This document shows, piece after piece, positions 53,908-63,958 of a stretch of 64,000 nucleotides of DNA. The DNA lies in the IMG/VR virus record IMGVR_UViG_3300045988_092438. One strand, 5' to 3'. Every line of letters begins with the position of its first letter. The stretch's first letter is position 1. The translations under genes were made by a program, and so were the position numbers. The stretch comes from a virus. A model generated the notes under the pieces. That model searched no databases. It had not been told where the DNA came from and saw nothing but the letters and a program-made list of their open reading frames with translations.

Positions 53908-54798
53908 CTACCTCCAACATTCAAGTTTAAAATCACACCAACGACAGGTCTGGCAAGACTTACTTGTACCTTCTCTCGGTGGTAATTCATCTTCCTCACA
54001 ATACTCATTTAAGGCTTGATACTCATTCAGAACACCAGTAAGAAGGTGTTCTGTGACTGTGCTTCTCTCCACACAATACTCTTTCATATCCTGTGTGTTC
54101 TTATTCTCATACAAGAAGATAACCTTTGTGATAGGCTTTTCAGTTCTAAAGAGAATGTCATCACAGATTAAATTGAGGTCAACCTCATGTTGTATCTTCT
54201 GTTCTCTTGTGAACTTTCTTCCACCCTTCATGTGCTGATACTTAGAATGATAATACTCTGCACGTTCCTCTTGTGAAGCATAAAACTCCTCAAGAGTCTT
54301 GTACTTATTCCTTAACTGCTGTCTTCTCTCTTCTGCACAATACAGATAAATAAGACCCTGCTTCTTATGCTCTTCTTTAGCGTCCTTTAACTGATTAAAC
54401 TGGTTATCATTGATACTCTTGATTTCCAGAATTGCAACTTCATCTTCTGGCAGGTCTAAGAACCCATCAGTGTGACCTTGAATGTTGTACTCTTCATTTA
54501 AAAGTGGTACTTCATCACAGATAAGCAAGTTCATTTCCAGAAGATAGTTCTGTATTCTCTCATGTGTGTTTGTACCATTATCGAAGATACGCTGAGTTCT
54601 TGCACCAATGTCACCATCAGAGTCATACTGCTTTCTCATGTAGTAGTTATGTCTCATACACTGACCTGCTTGTGATGGAGCATTTACATCTACTGCCCTG
54701 TCATTATCTGCATTTGCTTGTTTCTCTAAAAAGAAGTCGAGGGGCTTGATGATATACCCCTCCTGCTTCACCGACTGGAATAAATTGTTTAGACTCAT
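53908..54798 (-). CDS. Cas4/RecB-like PD-(D/E)XK exonuclease with Fe-S cysteine cluster
   Basis: N-terminal Cys (..GQCMRH..), ..D....LEIKS.. core and C-terminal CQTCRWCDFKLEC. Confidence 0.65.
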   Translation of the reverse strand: MSLNNLFQSVKQEGYIIKPLDFFLEKQANADNDRAVDVNAPSQAGQCMRHNYYMRKQYDSDGDIGARTQRIFDNGTNTHERIQNYLLEMNLLICDEVPLLNEEYNIQGHTDGFLDLPEDEVAILEIKSINDNQFNQLKDAKEEHKKQGLIYLYCAEERRQQLRNKYKTLEEFYASQEERAEYYHSKYQHMKGGRKFTREQKIQHEVDLNLICDDILFRTEKPITKVIFLYENKNTQDMKEYCVERSTVTEHLLTGVLNEYQALNEYCEEDELPPREGTSKSCQTCRWCDFKLECWR

Positions 54799-55293
54799 TT
54801 ATCCTAATTCCTCCTCAAAGTGTTTTCTGAAATCTGCATACTTCATCACCATAAGTATATGGTTCTTCTTATTCATTTTAACAGGTGTCAAGCTAAAGAG
54901 CAAAGGAAGTTCCTCTTCTGTATATCCTTTAAAACGATAAGACTTACAGCCACCATGAACATGAGGTACAATCTCATAAGTGTTCACCTGTACAGAAAAG
55001 TCATTCGGATTGAATATCACATATCTGTCTGTATCTCTCAAGTCTACAAACAGAAGAGGTATTCTCATTCCGTCTTTATCTGCTTCAAGGGAAATCTTCT
55101 CCCATACTTTTGTGGTGATAGAATAGAAACCCTTTTCAGTAGTCTTACACTCAATAAGGAACTTGTCATTTCTTACATCAGCAGAAGCAAACCATAAAGC
55201 CCCACTTGCAATAACTGTTTTAGCGTTCATCTGCTTTGCTACAGATTTTTCCTGTTTGTTACTCTTAAATTTAGTAGTTCCTTTTTTAGCCAT
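54799..55293 (-). CDS. PD-(D/E)XK nuclease-like protein
   Basis: ..QEKSVAKQMNAKTVIASGAL....D......IECKTTEK.. is Hjc-like, paralogous in pattern to 47807..48277. Confidence 0.45.
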   Translation of the reverse strand: MAKKGTTKFKSNKQEKSVAKQMNAKTVIASGALWFASADVRNDKFLIECKTTEKGFYSITTKVWEKISLEADKDGMRIPLLFVDLRDTDRYVIFNPNDFSVQVNTYEIVPHVHGGCKSYRFKGYTEEELPLLFSLTPVKMNKKNHILMVMKYADFRKHFEEELG

Positions 55294-55858
55294 TGTTAAT
55301 CACCTCATTTAAAATAGCAAACTCTCCAAAATATTTTAAGGCTAATTCATTGTAAGCTAATCCTGCTTCATCTTCATCATAGAAATAACCTCCATGTATT
55401 TTCTTGTTATTAACTTTTATAGAAACTTTCCATCTTTCTAACTGTTTATCAAAATTGACACCTCTATATTTTGAGGTTTTCTTAACATTCATAACCCTAT
55501 TAGATTGATTTTCACTCCTTGAACAACATCTAAGATTAGATTTTGAATAATTATGTGTATTTCTGTCTCTATGGTCTACAAGTACCTTTGGGTCTGTAAC
55601 ACCTAATAATAATCTACCAAGTGTTACAGATTTTCTAATACCATTATACATAGGTTCTCTTGCAATAACATACCTGTTATCACTAGACATTTTTAAATAA
55701 TACCTAGAAAGTAAAGGAAGGTCTTCTTTATCAACAACAATATCATCACATGAACCTACAGTTATACACATAGCTCCACTGGCAACTACTGTCTTAGCTC
55801 CCATGTCTTTTGCAACACTCTTCTCCTGTATCTGGGAGCGTTTCTTTACTGTTTTCAT
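55286..55858 (-). mobile_element. HNH-AP2 homing endonuclease ORF fused to a duplicated 5' fragment of the downstream nuclease gene
   Basis: ..VDHRDRNTHNYSKSNLRCCSRSENQSN.. (HNH) plus ..YRGVNFDKQLERWKVSIKVNNKKIHGGYFYDEDEAGLAYNELA.. (AP2). The first 30 aa, ..QEKSVAKDMGAKTVVASGAM, copy the N-terminus of 54799..55293. Confidence 0.65.
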
Positions 55859-56115
55859 ATTACTCTATTCCTTCCTGTGCCACCTTTAAACAATGAATCT
55901 TCACTGCTCTTTCTTTCACTCTGTCTCCAATAACAGCAGTAAATATTATTCTCGTCCGTCACAAGGTCAAACTGTGTGACATTCGGATTCTGGCACACCT
56001 CTTCTTTATCACTCATGGTTTTAAAGTAGAAATCACAGTTAAAACATGACCTTGTGAACTTGGCACTCTTCTTTACTTTCTCTCGACTTTCTTTGTAGCC
56101 ACGATTGAACTTCAT
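55855..56115 (-). CDS. small Cys-containing protein
   Basis: 86 aa with ..CFNCDFYF....C.. cysteines. Confidence 0.4.
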   Translation of the reverse strand: MKFNRGYKESREKVKKSAKFTRSCFNCDFYFKTMSDKEEVCQNPNVTQFDLVTDENNIYCCYWRQSERKSSEDSLFKGGTGRNRVI

Positions 56116-57269
56116 TACATACCCACCTTTTTATTAGCAATAGAAAGAATTTCATCTTTCATACTCTCAATAATATCTGGATTGTCCATGAGGTAATCAA
56201 TAAGTTTTTCCTGTCCTTGGAACTTGTTAGTTGGGTCACTGGAAAGATAGAAATAACTTCCGGCACGTTCAATAAGACCAAAAGACTTAGCTTCAAGGAT
56301 AATGGACATATAAATATCACAAAATCCTTTCTTAACACCTGCACTGTTCTCCTCTGTGTACATATCAAACTCACCCTGCTTACCAGATGGAAATGTCTTG
56401 TTCTTCTCTACTTTAAACTTGACTGTCTGACCTACAGCAACTTTATTCTCACCTGTTCCCTCAGTGATTGTATCACCCTTTCGGAACTTGATACATAAGG
56501 ACTGTGCAAAGTCTTTTGCTTTTCCTCCCGGGGCAAACTCACCACCATAAAGAGAAATCTTATCTTTCAACTGGTTAATACCAATAAGTGTGAAAGGCAT
56601 TTCACCCTGTCTTCTGAGCTTGTTATTCTTTGCTTGAAACTTTCTAAAGAACTCAGCCAGTAACTTAGGTTTAATACCCATCTGAACAGTATCATCCATT
56701 CCACTCTCATACTCTTTTGTAGGTACAAGTGCTTCAATGGAATCAATTACTCCCAGTTTTACTTCTGGATTGTCCATAGTATCAAGAATCAACTGTGTGG
56801 TCTCTTCAAGACCGGAACTTGGATTAAACATGAAAAGGTCTCCATCAATCTCAAGCTGTGTAAGGTATTTATCACTATCTGTAGTAGTACCCTCTGCGTC
56901 ACATAAGAGAACAGTCTTACCAAATTTCTTCTGGAACTCCCTCATACAATGAAGTGTAACAGTGGTTTTAAAGGAAGAAAACGCTCCTTGAATTTCAGTA
57001 TAACGTCCAATAGGAATACCACCACCAACAGCAATGTCTAAAGACGGAATAGAAGTTCCGAATCTCTGGATAGTGTACCAATCATCTTCATCTTCTGTAA
57101 TCTTTTTAGGGAATCCCCTCATTACAGCATTAGTACCATACTTCTTGTTAATGTCATCTACCAGTTTATTGAGTCTGGAATCTCTGGCAGAATCACTCTT
57201 CTGTGAAACTGTCTTTGTAACCTGTGCCTTTGCAGGAGTCTTAACTGCTGTCTTCTTTTTAATTGCCAT
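56115..57269 (-). CDS. RecA-superfamily recombinase
   Basis: Start moved to MAIKKKT (ATG 57269). RecA-like ..[28 protein letters not shown].. P-loop variant and downstream core. Confidence 0.6.
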   Translation of the reverse strand: MAIKKKTAVKTPAKAQVTKTVSQKSDSARDSRLNKLVDDINKKYGTNAVMRGFPKKITEDEDDWYTIQRFGTSIPSLDIAVGGGIPIGRYTEIQGAFSSFKTTVTLHCMREFQKKFGKTVLLCDAEGTTTDSDKYLTQLEIDGDLFMFNPSSGLEETTQLILDTMDNPEVKLGVIDSIEALVPTKEYESGMDDTVQMGIKPKLLAEFFRKFQAKNNKLRRQGEMPFTLIGINQLKDKISLYGGEFAPGGKAKDFAQSLCIKFRKGDTITEGTGENKVAVGQTVKFKVEKNKTFPSGKQGEFDMYTEENSAGVKKGFCDIYMSIILEAKSFGLIERAGSYFYLSSDPTNKFQGQEKLIDYLMDNPDIIESMKDEILSIANKKVGM

Positions 57270-57465
57270 TTTCTTCTTCCTCCAACAACATACTTCTAAT
57301 CTCAATATCACCCTCACGCTCTAACTGATTAACTAAAGCTCTGGAAACGAAATTAGTCTGATTATCTCCATTCTTTGCTACATGGACGCTAATTCTATCC
57401 AACAGTGTTTTACTGGCTACCACTGTTGTTCGTTCTTTTTTCGGAACTAAGGTATCTCTTGCCAT
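57259..57465 (-). CDS. small DNA-binding protein (ribbon-helix-helix-like), tentative
   Basis: Start moved to [28 protein letters not shown].. (ATG 57465, AAGGAGA upstream). N-terminal beta strand plus helices resemble an RHH fold. Confidence 0.4.
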   Translation of the reverse strand: MARDTLVPKKERTTVVASKTLLDRISVHVAKNGDNQTNFVSRALVNQLEREGDIEIRSMLLEEEENGN

Positions 57466-57584
57466 GCTTACATTCTCCTTTCTACATAAATTCATACTTT
57501 TTAGATTGTATGACTTTATTATATATCATAACCAAAAGATTGTCAAAAAGAAAGGGTAGTCATATTTCAGACTACCCTATAAGT

Positions 57585-58241
57585 TTATTTACTGGTAGAA
57601 CCAAATCCACCATTTCTCTGCTCAGTCACTTCGTCTTCTTCTGCATAGAAGTGTTCAACAATAATACCTTGACAGAACGCTTCACCCTGCTTCACTTCTA
57701 AAATCTGCTGACCTTCATTAGTAATCTTGATGAAGATGTGACCTTCATTATCAGACTTGTAATAGTCACTATCAATGATTCCAACTGTGTTATCAAGTCT
57801 TACTCTGTACTTAAATCCAAGACCACTTCTCGGATATTCTTTCAGTACAAATCCCTCTTTAAGAATACATCTGATACCTGTAGGAATTTTGATTGTTGCA
57901 CCCGGCACTAAAGAGAAATCAAAAGGTGTAAAGAAATCATATCCGGCAGAACCAGTAGTAGCACGTTTAGGAATTTTAATATTATCATACTCCTGTGCAT
58001 AAGGTTCAGTGAAAACATTAGCAGGGTCACAACCTCTACCTGCACAGTATTGACCCCATGTAACTTTCTCAAACTTAGCAACTACTTTAGGAGGGTTCTG
58101 CATACCCTTCTCAATTACTTCTCTTATACGAAGGTCTTTACCCTCTTGAATTTCATAGCCACGTTTTAAAATAGCGTCTTTTGTCTCTGTGTCGAGCCAT
58201 GCAACAAGCTCACCATCTGTCTTAAATACTTGATACTGCAT
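57585..58241 (-). CDS. dut: dUTP pyrophosphatase with N-terminal extension
   Basis: Trimeric dUTPase motifs ..GSAGYDF.., ..PRSGLG.. and ..GIIDSDY.. in the C-terminal ~150 aa. Confidence 0.8.
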   Translation of the reverse strand: MQYQVFKTDGELVAWLDTETKDAILKRGYEIQEGKDLRIREVIEKGMQNPPKVVAKFEKVTWGQYCAGRGCDPANVFTEPYAQEYDNIKIPKRATTGSAGYDFFTPFDFSLVPGATIKIPTGIRCILKEGFVLKEYPRSGLGFKYRVRLDNTVGIIDSDYYKSDNEGHIFIKITNEGQQILEVKQGEAFCQGIIVEHFYAEEDEVTEQRNGGFGSTSK

Positions 58242-58244
58242 ATC

Positions 58245-59030
58245 TTATACCTCGCTTCTCTTAAACATGGACTGTCTCTTTGCTCTGGTTGCTTTTACCT
58301 GCTTTTCTTTCTCAGCAAGTTCCTGCTCCTGTCTCTTTAATTCTCTGTCAATTTTCTTTTTCTCAGCCTTCTGCTGTTTTGCTCTTCTGGCTTCTTTCTC
58401 TGTCAAAATCTTTTTCTGTTCCTTCTCAGAGTGCTGTCTGAGTTCATGCTCAAACTTAGCTTTCTCAGTGCTACCAAAAAGTTTCTTAACTACTGCCTGT
58501 GCAAAAGCACTATAAGCGTCATAAGGCATATCTTCCGCTTTCTTAACAGAAGTCTTGCTGTCATCAGCCCAAATAATGTGTGTGTAGTCTCCACTATGGA
58601 TAATCTTCTTGATTTCTGGTAACTGTTTCATGTTTTCTTCCTCCTTAATTTTACCTGCTTTTTTGAGTTCACAATAAACCATGCTGACTGGTTCTGTTAA
58701 TAAACACTTAAATTGTATATCAGTAATATTAAAAGGGCAAGCACAACCAATAAGCTGTTGTAATGCCTGTTGTTTAAATCTAAGCAGAATATGATTAAGA
58801 ATATGGACTTCTGACTTAGATACCGTAAAGCATACTATAATACTAAACGCATTGTTATAATAAGTCTCCTCAATAGACGCTTCCGTAAGATTAAAGGTCC
58901 TTAAATGTGACTCGTCTGCAATGTCTTGAAGTGTATTCTTAATCCAGTTTGTAATACCTTCTCTTGTATGCAGTTTAATCATCTTTTCATTTCTACTTAC
59001 ACCTGTAGCTGTTATTCTTGGGTATTCCAT
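58245..59030 (-). CDS. hypothetical protein with Lys/Glu-rich coiled-coil tail
   Basis: Start moved to MEYPRITA (ATG 59030, GGAGG 5 nt upstream). Confidence 0.45.
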   Translation of the reverse strand: MEYPRITATGVSRNEKMIKLHTREGITNWIKNTLQDIADESHLRTFNLTEASIEETYYNNAFSIIVCFTVSKSEVHILNHILLRFKQQALQQLIGCACPFNITDIQFKCLLTEPVSMVYCELKKAGKIKEEENMKQLPEIKKIIHSGDYTHIIWADDSKTSVKKAEDMPYDAYSAFAQAVVKKLFGSTEKAKFEHELRQHSEKEQKKILTEKEARRAKQQKAEKKKIDRELKRQEQELAEKEKQVKATRAKRQSMFKRSEV

Positions 59031-59040
59031 ATTAACCTCC

Positions 59041-61416
59041 TTATTTTGCGTCTTGATAACTGTCACCAGTATCATAGTCGGCTCTTAAAAATGAAACTTG
59101 TCTTGACTCACTATTTCCAAATGGGTGTTCCATATAGTCTTTAATGATTGGAATAGCTTCTTCCAGATATTCTTCTGGACATTCAAATACAAGCTCATCA
59201 TGCACCTGTATCATCATGTTACAGCCCATTTCTTTAAGTCTCTTGTCAGCGTCTACTCTAATCTGAGCATTGATAGTAATATCTCCGGCAGTTCCTTGAA
59301 TAGCACTGTTTACTGCTAAACGTTCACAGTAACTTGACACCTTTCTGTCATGTGAGTTTATATCTGGCAGTCTTCTCTTTCTTCCAAGAATTGTGTACAC
59401 ACACTTATTTCTATGTGCATACTTCTTCTGACCGGAAATGAATTTTGCGACTCCACTATAGGAATCAAAGTACTTGTCAATGAACTGCTGTGCTACATCA
59501 ACACCATTCTTACAATGGTATAAATCAAGATACTCTTTCGCACCTAAATCAAGTGGTGAGTAGTGGTCTGACTTCAAACTCTCATAAAGTTTACCTGCTC
59601 CACCACCATACATCAGCATGAAGTTGATAGTCTTAGCCGCCTGTCTCAAGTGAGGATAAAGTTTCTTTGCTTCAACTGGTGTACAATCAAGGTTAAACAT
59701 ATTCACTGCTGTAGAACCATGAGCGTCATCATCATTTGCAAACATTTCAGTCAAGTTCTTATCCTTACTAAAGTAAGTCAGACACACCATTTCAAGGTTG
59801 TGGTAGTCAAGTGCGATAATCTTCTTTCTCTTACCAGTGTTAGGGTCTATACTTCCAATAAATACAGAACGAATCTGGTATTTATCATCCTCATTTGCTT
59901 TAGGTAACTGTTGCAAGTTTGGTTTGCTACATGAAAGTCTTCCAGAATCAGTACCAATCTGATTGAATGAAGGGTGAGCTTTTCCATCTTCATACAACTT
60001 TTCAAGAATACCATCAACAAAGGCAGTTTTCAGTTTTGCTAACTTAGAATACTCCAACATCAGCTTACACATTTCAACTCCCTGTTGCTTTCTCTTGTTG
60101 GTCTTAAAAGTCAACTGAGATATTCTCCAAATTGTATCACTGTCAGTACTAGGATTTCCTGTACCAGTCTCACTCTGCACTCTAAATCCAAATGCTTTAT
60201 CAAGAATAGCTTGATTCTTATTAGACTCTTTAAAGATATTACCTTTCTCGTCAAAGTAGTAACCTTTGTTATTCAATGCTTTCTGTGTCTCCGACAATGT
60301 AGCTTCTTTGTTCTTGTAACTCTGTACAATCTTCATTACTTGTGCCGGAACTTTATCTCTCTTGACTGGTGTATCTGGTTTCTCCCAACCAAACAGGATT
60401 TCAGCTTTCTGCTGACTAGACCCGATATTAAACTCAACACCTGCAATCTCATAAATCCTGTAGGTCAGTTCATCAAGGTCATTCTGCATATCAACACCCA
60501 TCTGTCTCAGCTTGTCTACATCAACAGTAACACCCTGTTCCTCCATTCTAAATAATGCTTGCAGGAATGGAATATACATCTTGTAATAGATTTTATCCAT
60601 CTGTTCATCAACAAGTTCTTGAGTGAAACCAAGATACAGACAGTATGTGTAAAATGCATCTGCGATTGCATAAGGAGCACCATCTTCAATCAATACTAAA
60701 TCAAAGGTTACTCTGGAATTAGCTTTAAATCCAAACTGCTTCTTCACCTCATTCGGCACTGTTGCTGTTGCTTCTGCAAAGTGAGTCTGTTTCAGACCCA
60801 TCTTCTCAAGTGAGTTGTCTTTCAAACCATTTGAAGTATTCTCATTACACAGCCATGAAGCTAACATTGTATCAAAAAGGTCTGTAGTCTTAATCTCAAT
60901 ACCAATACGTTTCATAACGTGCATATCGAATTTAAGGTTATGACCAATAATTCTAACGTCTGTACGCTCAAATACTGGTTTTAAGTAATCTACCACAATA
61001 TCAAGGTCAATCTGATTATCAATGTCCTCTTCTCTTATGTGACCTACTGGTATGTAATAGTTGTAATTTTCGCCCCATGAAATACTGATACCAACACACT
61101 TAAAATTCTTATTCGGACCTAAAACATCAAGTGTATTAGTCTCTGTATCGAAAGCAAACTCTGGAATATCCATCATCACATCAGACAGCCATTCAAGTCT
61201 CTCTTCATCTGTGATAATTTCATAATCTTTCATTTCCGGCTCAAAAGGGAAGTTGCCTTTATATTCACCTGTGTATGCTTCACTTAAAACATCACCCAGA
61301 GACTTATCAATGTACTCCTTTGAGTATGGTGCTTTAAGTTTCGGCTTCTTTTTAGGAATAGGCTTTAATCTCTTCTTCCCTTCAATGGGCTTTACTCTTT
61401 TCAGCTTCATCTGCAC
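59041..61416 (-). CDS. polA: family A DNA polymerase (Pol I-like, 3'-5' exonuclease + polymerase)
   Basis: Exo motifs (..FAFDTETN.., ..IGHNLKFD..). Polymerase motif A ..ALDYHNLEM... Motif B ..RQAAKTINFMLMYGGG... Motif C ..QVHDELVFE... Confidence 0.9.
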   Translation of the reverse strand: MQMKLKRVKPIEGKKRLKPIPKKKPKLKAPYSKEYIDKSLGDVLSEAYTGEYKGNFPFEPEMKDYEIITDEERLEWLSDVMMDIPEFAFDTETNTLDVLGPNKNFKCVGISISWGENYNYYIPVGHIREEDIDNQIDLDIVVDYLKPVFERTDVRIIGHNLKFDMHVMKRIGIEIKTTDLFDTMLASWLCNENTSNGLKDNSLEKMGLKQTHFAEATATVPNEVKKQFGFKANSRVTFDLVLIEDGAPYAIADAFYTYCLYLGFTQELVDEQMDKIYYKMYIPFLQALFRMEEQGVTVDVDKLRQMGVDMQNDLDELTYRIYEIAGVEFNIGSSQQKAEILFGWEKPDTPVKRDKVPAQVMKIVQSYKNKEATLSETQKALNNKGYYFDEKGNIFKESNKNQAILDKAFGFRVQSETGTGNPSTDSDTIWRISQLTFKTNKRKQQGVEMCKLMLEYSKLAKLKTAFVDGILEKLYEDGKAHPSFNQIGTDSGRLSCSKPNLQQLPKANEDDKYQIRSVFIGSIDPNTGKRKKIIALDYHNLEMVCLTYFSKDKNLTEMFANDDDAHGSTAVNMFNLDCTPVEAKKLYPHLRQAAKTINFMLMYGGGAGKLYESLKSDHYSPLDLGAKEYLDLYHCKNGVDVAQQFIDKYFDSYSGVAKFISGQKKYAHRNKCVYTILGRKRRLPDINSHDRKVSSYCERLAVNSAIQGTAGDITINAQIRVDADKRLKEMGCNMMIQVHDELVFECPEEYLEEAIPIIKDYMEHPFGNSESRQVSFLRADYDTGDSYQDAK

Positions 61417-61493
61417 TCTCCTTTCTTATAAAATAATGAGTAGTTCATACTCTGTTATAAGTATAAACTACTCACTAAATTACTGCAAATGCC

Positions 61494-61763
61494 TTATTGG
61501 TTAAGCTCCTGCTCTAAATCAGCTCCTACTGTCAGCTTTAAGCTGTTCTTATCTTCTGTAGTGTATTCATGTCCATTACACTTACCAGAACGACCTTTCT
61601 TAACAACTTTCTTGAGGGTGAACATTCCCTTAAAGGAAACACCTCCTGCTTTCAGCTTGTCTTTCAGTACATCAAGAAAAGCTCTTACTTCCTGTTCTGC
61701 TTGAACTTTACTGATACCACGCTTCATAGCGTATGCTTCAATGAAATCTTTTAATCCAGACAT
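61494..61763 (-). CDS. HU/IHF-family DNA-binding protein
   Basis: 89 aa. ..ISKVQAEQEVRAFLDVLKDKLKAGGVSFKGMFTLKKV..K.R.G.. is an HU-fold pattern. Confidence 0.7.
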   Translation of the reverse strand: MSGLKDFIEAYAMKRGISKVQAEQEVRAFLDVLKDKLKAGGVSFKGMFTLKKVVKKGRSGKCNGHEYTTEDKNSLKLTVGADLEQELNQ

Positions 61764-61783
61764 TTCACTTGTCCTCCTTGTTT

Positions 61784-62644
61784 TTATTTGCTAACACTCT
61801 TTCTAATAAGTGACTTAGCCTTGTTCTGTGGTTTCTTAACACTGTTCTCCGCAGGTTTCTTAAAGAGTGTTTTCTTCTTCTTTGTGGAGTTCAGTTTCTT
61901 ACCAGAGGATAACTTTCTGGCAGGTTTCTCACCTGTTTCTTCGTCATCATCAACACCCATTACTGCGTCTCTTCCGTCATAACTCTCGTCTTCTTCATCA
62001 GAGTCATCATTACTCTCACCATTATAGCCCTTAACATTCATTTCAAGCTGTCTCTCAATGATTGCATACAGACTCTCTTCTGTACCATCATACTCTTCAC
62101 GAAGTTTCTCCGGCAACATATTAGTGATTTCTTTCTCTGTTAAAGAAACTTTGTCACCACGCTCAAATGTGTAGTTAGTAGATGTACCAGAACCAAGTCT
62201 AACCATTGTGATTTCTCTTCCGGCAAGACCATATTTAGAACTAATACGGTCAAGCTGAGAAATGACTTTAGTTCCATAGACGAACAGCTTCAAGCTACCT
62301 TCTGCTTTCTGCTTCTTACCATTCTTGTCTGTGTACTCAAATGGTCTTCCATCCCACACAAGGAAAGCACCTTTGAAGGAAGGTCTGTCACCATCATTAC
62401 ACAGTTCACAGTTGTCATCACCTGTGCAAGTAAACTGGTTAAACACTTCCTTACCATTTCTTGAGCCTTTTACATTATGCTCTTGAAAATTGATTGGCTC
62501 TTCTGTTAAGAAAATAAGGTCAGCTTCATCACCGTCTTTTGCTAAAAAGAAACGGAACAACTTCTTACCTCTGTTTTCTGCCATCTTCTCTTGTCTTGCT
62601 TTTTCTTGTCTGTTGGCTTCAAAGCCTTTTTTGAACATACCCAT
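61784..62644 (-). CDS. putative ssDNA-binding protein (Cys cluster, acidic segment)
   Basis: Start moved to MGMFKKG (ATG 62644). Contains ..CTGDDNCELC.. and ..ESNDDSDEEDESYD... Position between primase and polymerase is typical for a phage SSB. No diagnostic motif. Confidence 0.35.
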   Translation of the reverse strand: MGMFKKGFEANRQEKARQEKMAENRGKKLFRFFLAKDGDEADLIFLTEEPINFQEHNVKGSRNGKEVFNQFTCTGDDNCELCNDGDRPSFKGAFLVWDGRPFEYTDKNGKKQKAEGSLKLFVYGTKVISQLDRISSKYGLAGREITMVRLGSGTSTNYTFERGDKVSLTEKEITNMLPEKLREEYDGTEESLYAIIERQLEMNVKGYNGESNDDSDEEDESYDGRDAVMGVDDDEETGEKPARKLSSGKKLNSTKKKKTLFKKPAENSVKKPQNKAKSLIRKSVSK

Positions 62645-62708
62645 AATTCTCTGTCTCCTTTCATACATAAACTCATAAATTCTATATAAATTATGGTACT
62701 TTCACAGT

Positions 62709-62930
62709 CTAGCACACACCATGCTTATTGTCAAACTTCTTTTTAGCTGACAAAAGCTCCAAATGCCTGTTTGTATACTGCAACTGGTTCTCAATGTAAG
62801 GGTCATTCAAATCCCCTCCACTCTCAACCCAATCAGCTACTCTTCTGATAACATCACCCTGTACTTCTGGCTCACACTGAGCCAGATTGATAAATAACTG
62901 CTTTGCAACATCCTTCTGTTTCATAATCAT
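62709..62930 (-). CDS. hypothetical protein
   Basis: 73-aa ORF overlapping the primase stop by 4 nt. Confidence 0.45.
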   Translation of the reverse strand: MIMKQKDVAKQLFINLAQCEPEVQGDVIRRVADWVESGGDLNDPYIENQLQYTNRHLELLSAKKKFDNKHGVC

Positions 62931-63955
62931 ATCCTCCTAATTTTTCTATTCATAATGCTATGTGCATTATCAATCATATTATGAAGTTCCATATCAGACC
63001 AATCACAAGGGTCTTTTCCATGCTTCGGGAAGTCTACAATAAGGAAGTCTACTCTACCCTTTAAAATCTCTCTGTTCTTCTCTCTTGCTTCGAGTCCTCG
63101 GTCATCATTATCACCAATATAAATGACTCTGGAACAGTTATTCTCTATGAAGTTAGCCTGTTCTTCACTGAGATAGTCAGTCATAATTGCAAGGGCATTT
63201 ACAATGTCAGCCTTATGACACCTTATAGCATCAAACTGTCCTTCAACTAACACTATGGTGCTATTCACTACTTTAAAATGCTGTAAAGGATATAAGAAAT
63301 TACTCCTGTTAAAATGGTCGTAAATCTTATACCTCTGGTTCTTCTTTCTATTCTTACTGATATATCTACCAATCACTCCGACAAGTTTATTCTCTTGATT
63401 AAAAACTGGGATAGTGATTGTTTTATTAACATCATCATACCCAATCATAAACTTCTTCATATCAGACTTATCAAATCCCCTATCAAAGAAGTACTTGTAT
63501 GTACTCTTGCCGGATTGATAAGGTGCAATCTTCCACAAAGGTATAGTCTTCTCTGACTCTTCAAGCTCAATCACATTAGAGTGGAGGTCTTCAAACCTTT
63601 TGGTTCGTCTTACTTTACCTCCAAGCTCTCTGTACTCAAGTTCATACCTGTCTTTTAAAAACTGTCGTGCTTTTCGGTCAGCTTTAAACCAAGTCTTTTT
63701 AATAGTGTCTTCTGTACTAGGGTCATATCCAAATTCGTCTGGCAGTGACAAATACAAAAACTTTGAAAAGTTGCCACTTGCACCACAAGCGAAACAGTGA
63801 AATATCTGCTTCTCAGCAGATACTCCACATGAAGGATTAGACTCACCATGTACAGGACAACAGATTAACATATCTTCGTCTCTCCACTGTGTAGGTTTAG
63901 AACCACAGTATTGTACAAGGTCTTCAATCTGCTCTTTTGTTAATGTCATTCCCAT
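62927..63955 (-). CDS. DnaG-type DNA primase (CHC2 zinc finger + TOPRIM)
   Basis: ..CCPVHGESNPSCGVS....FHCFACGASG.. (CHC2) and ..VLVEGQFDAI.. / ..IGDNDDRG.. (TOPRIM). Confidence 0.85.
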   Translation of the reverse strand: MGMTLTKEQIEDLVQYCGSKPTQWRDEDMLICCPVHGESNPSCGVSAEKQIFHCFACGASGNFSKFLYLSLPDEFGYDPSTEDTIKKTWFKADRKARQFLKDRYELEYRELGGKVRRTKRFEDLHSNVIELEESEKTIPLWKIAPYQSGKSTYKYFFDRGFDKSDMKKFMIGYDDVNKTITIPVFNQENKLVGVIGRYISKNRKKNQRYKIYDHFNRSNFLYPLQHFKVVNSTIVLVEGQFDAIRCHKADIVNALAIMTDYLSEEQANFIENNCSRVIYIGDNDDRGLEAREKNREILKGRVDFLIVDFPKHGKDPCDWSDMELHNMIDNAHSIMNRKIRRI

Positions 63956-63958
63956 AAG

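Noticed and set aside
55286-55858. Possible intein, because ..ASGAM|CITVGSCDD.. resembles an extein-Cys1 intein junction.
   Set aside because: The ORF terminates (..VINNG*) without a C-terminal HN-Ser/Thr/Cys junction or a continuing extein. The downstream nuclease gene has its own complete N-terminus and RBS. A free-standing HNH-AP2 endonuclease with a duplicated 5' fragment fits better.
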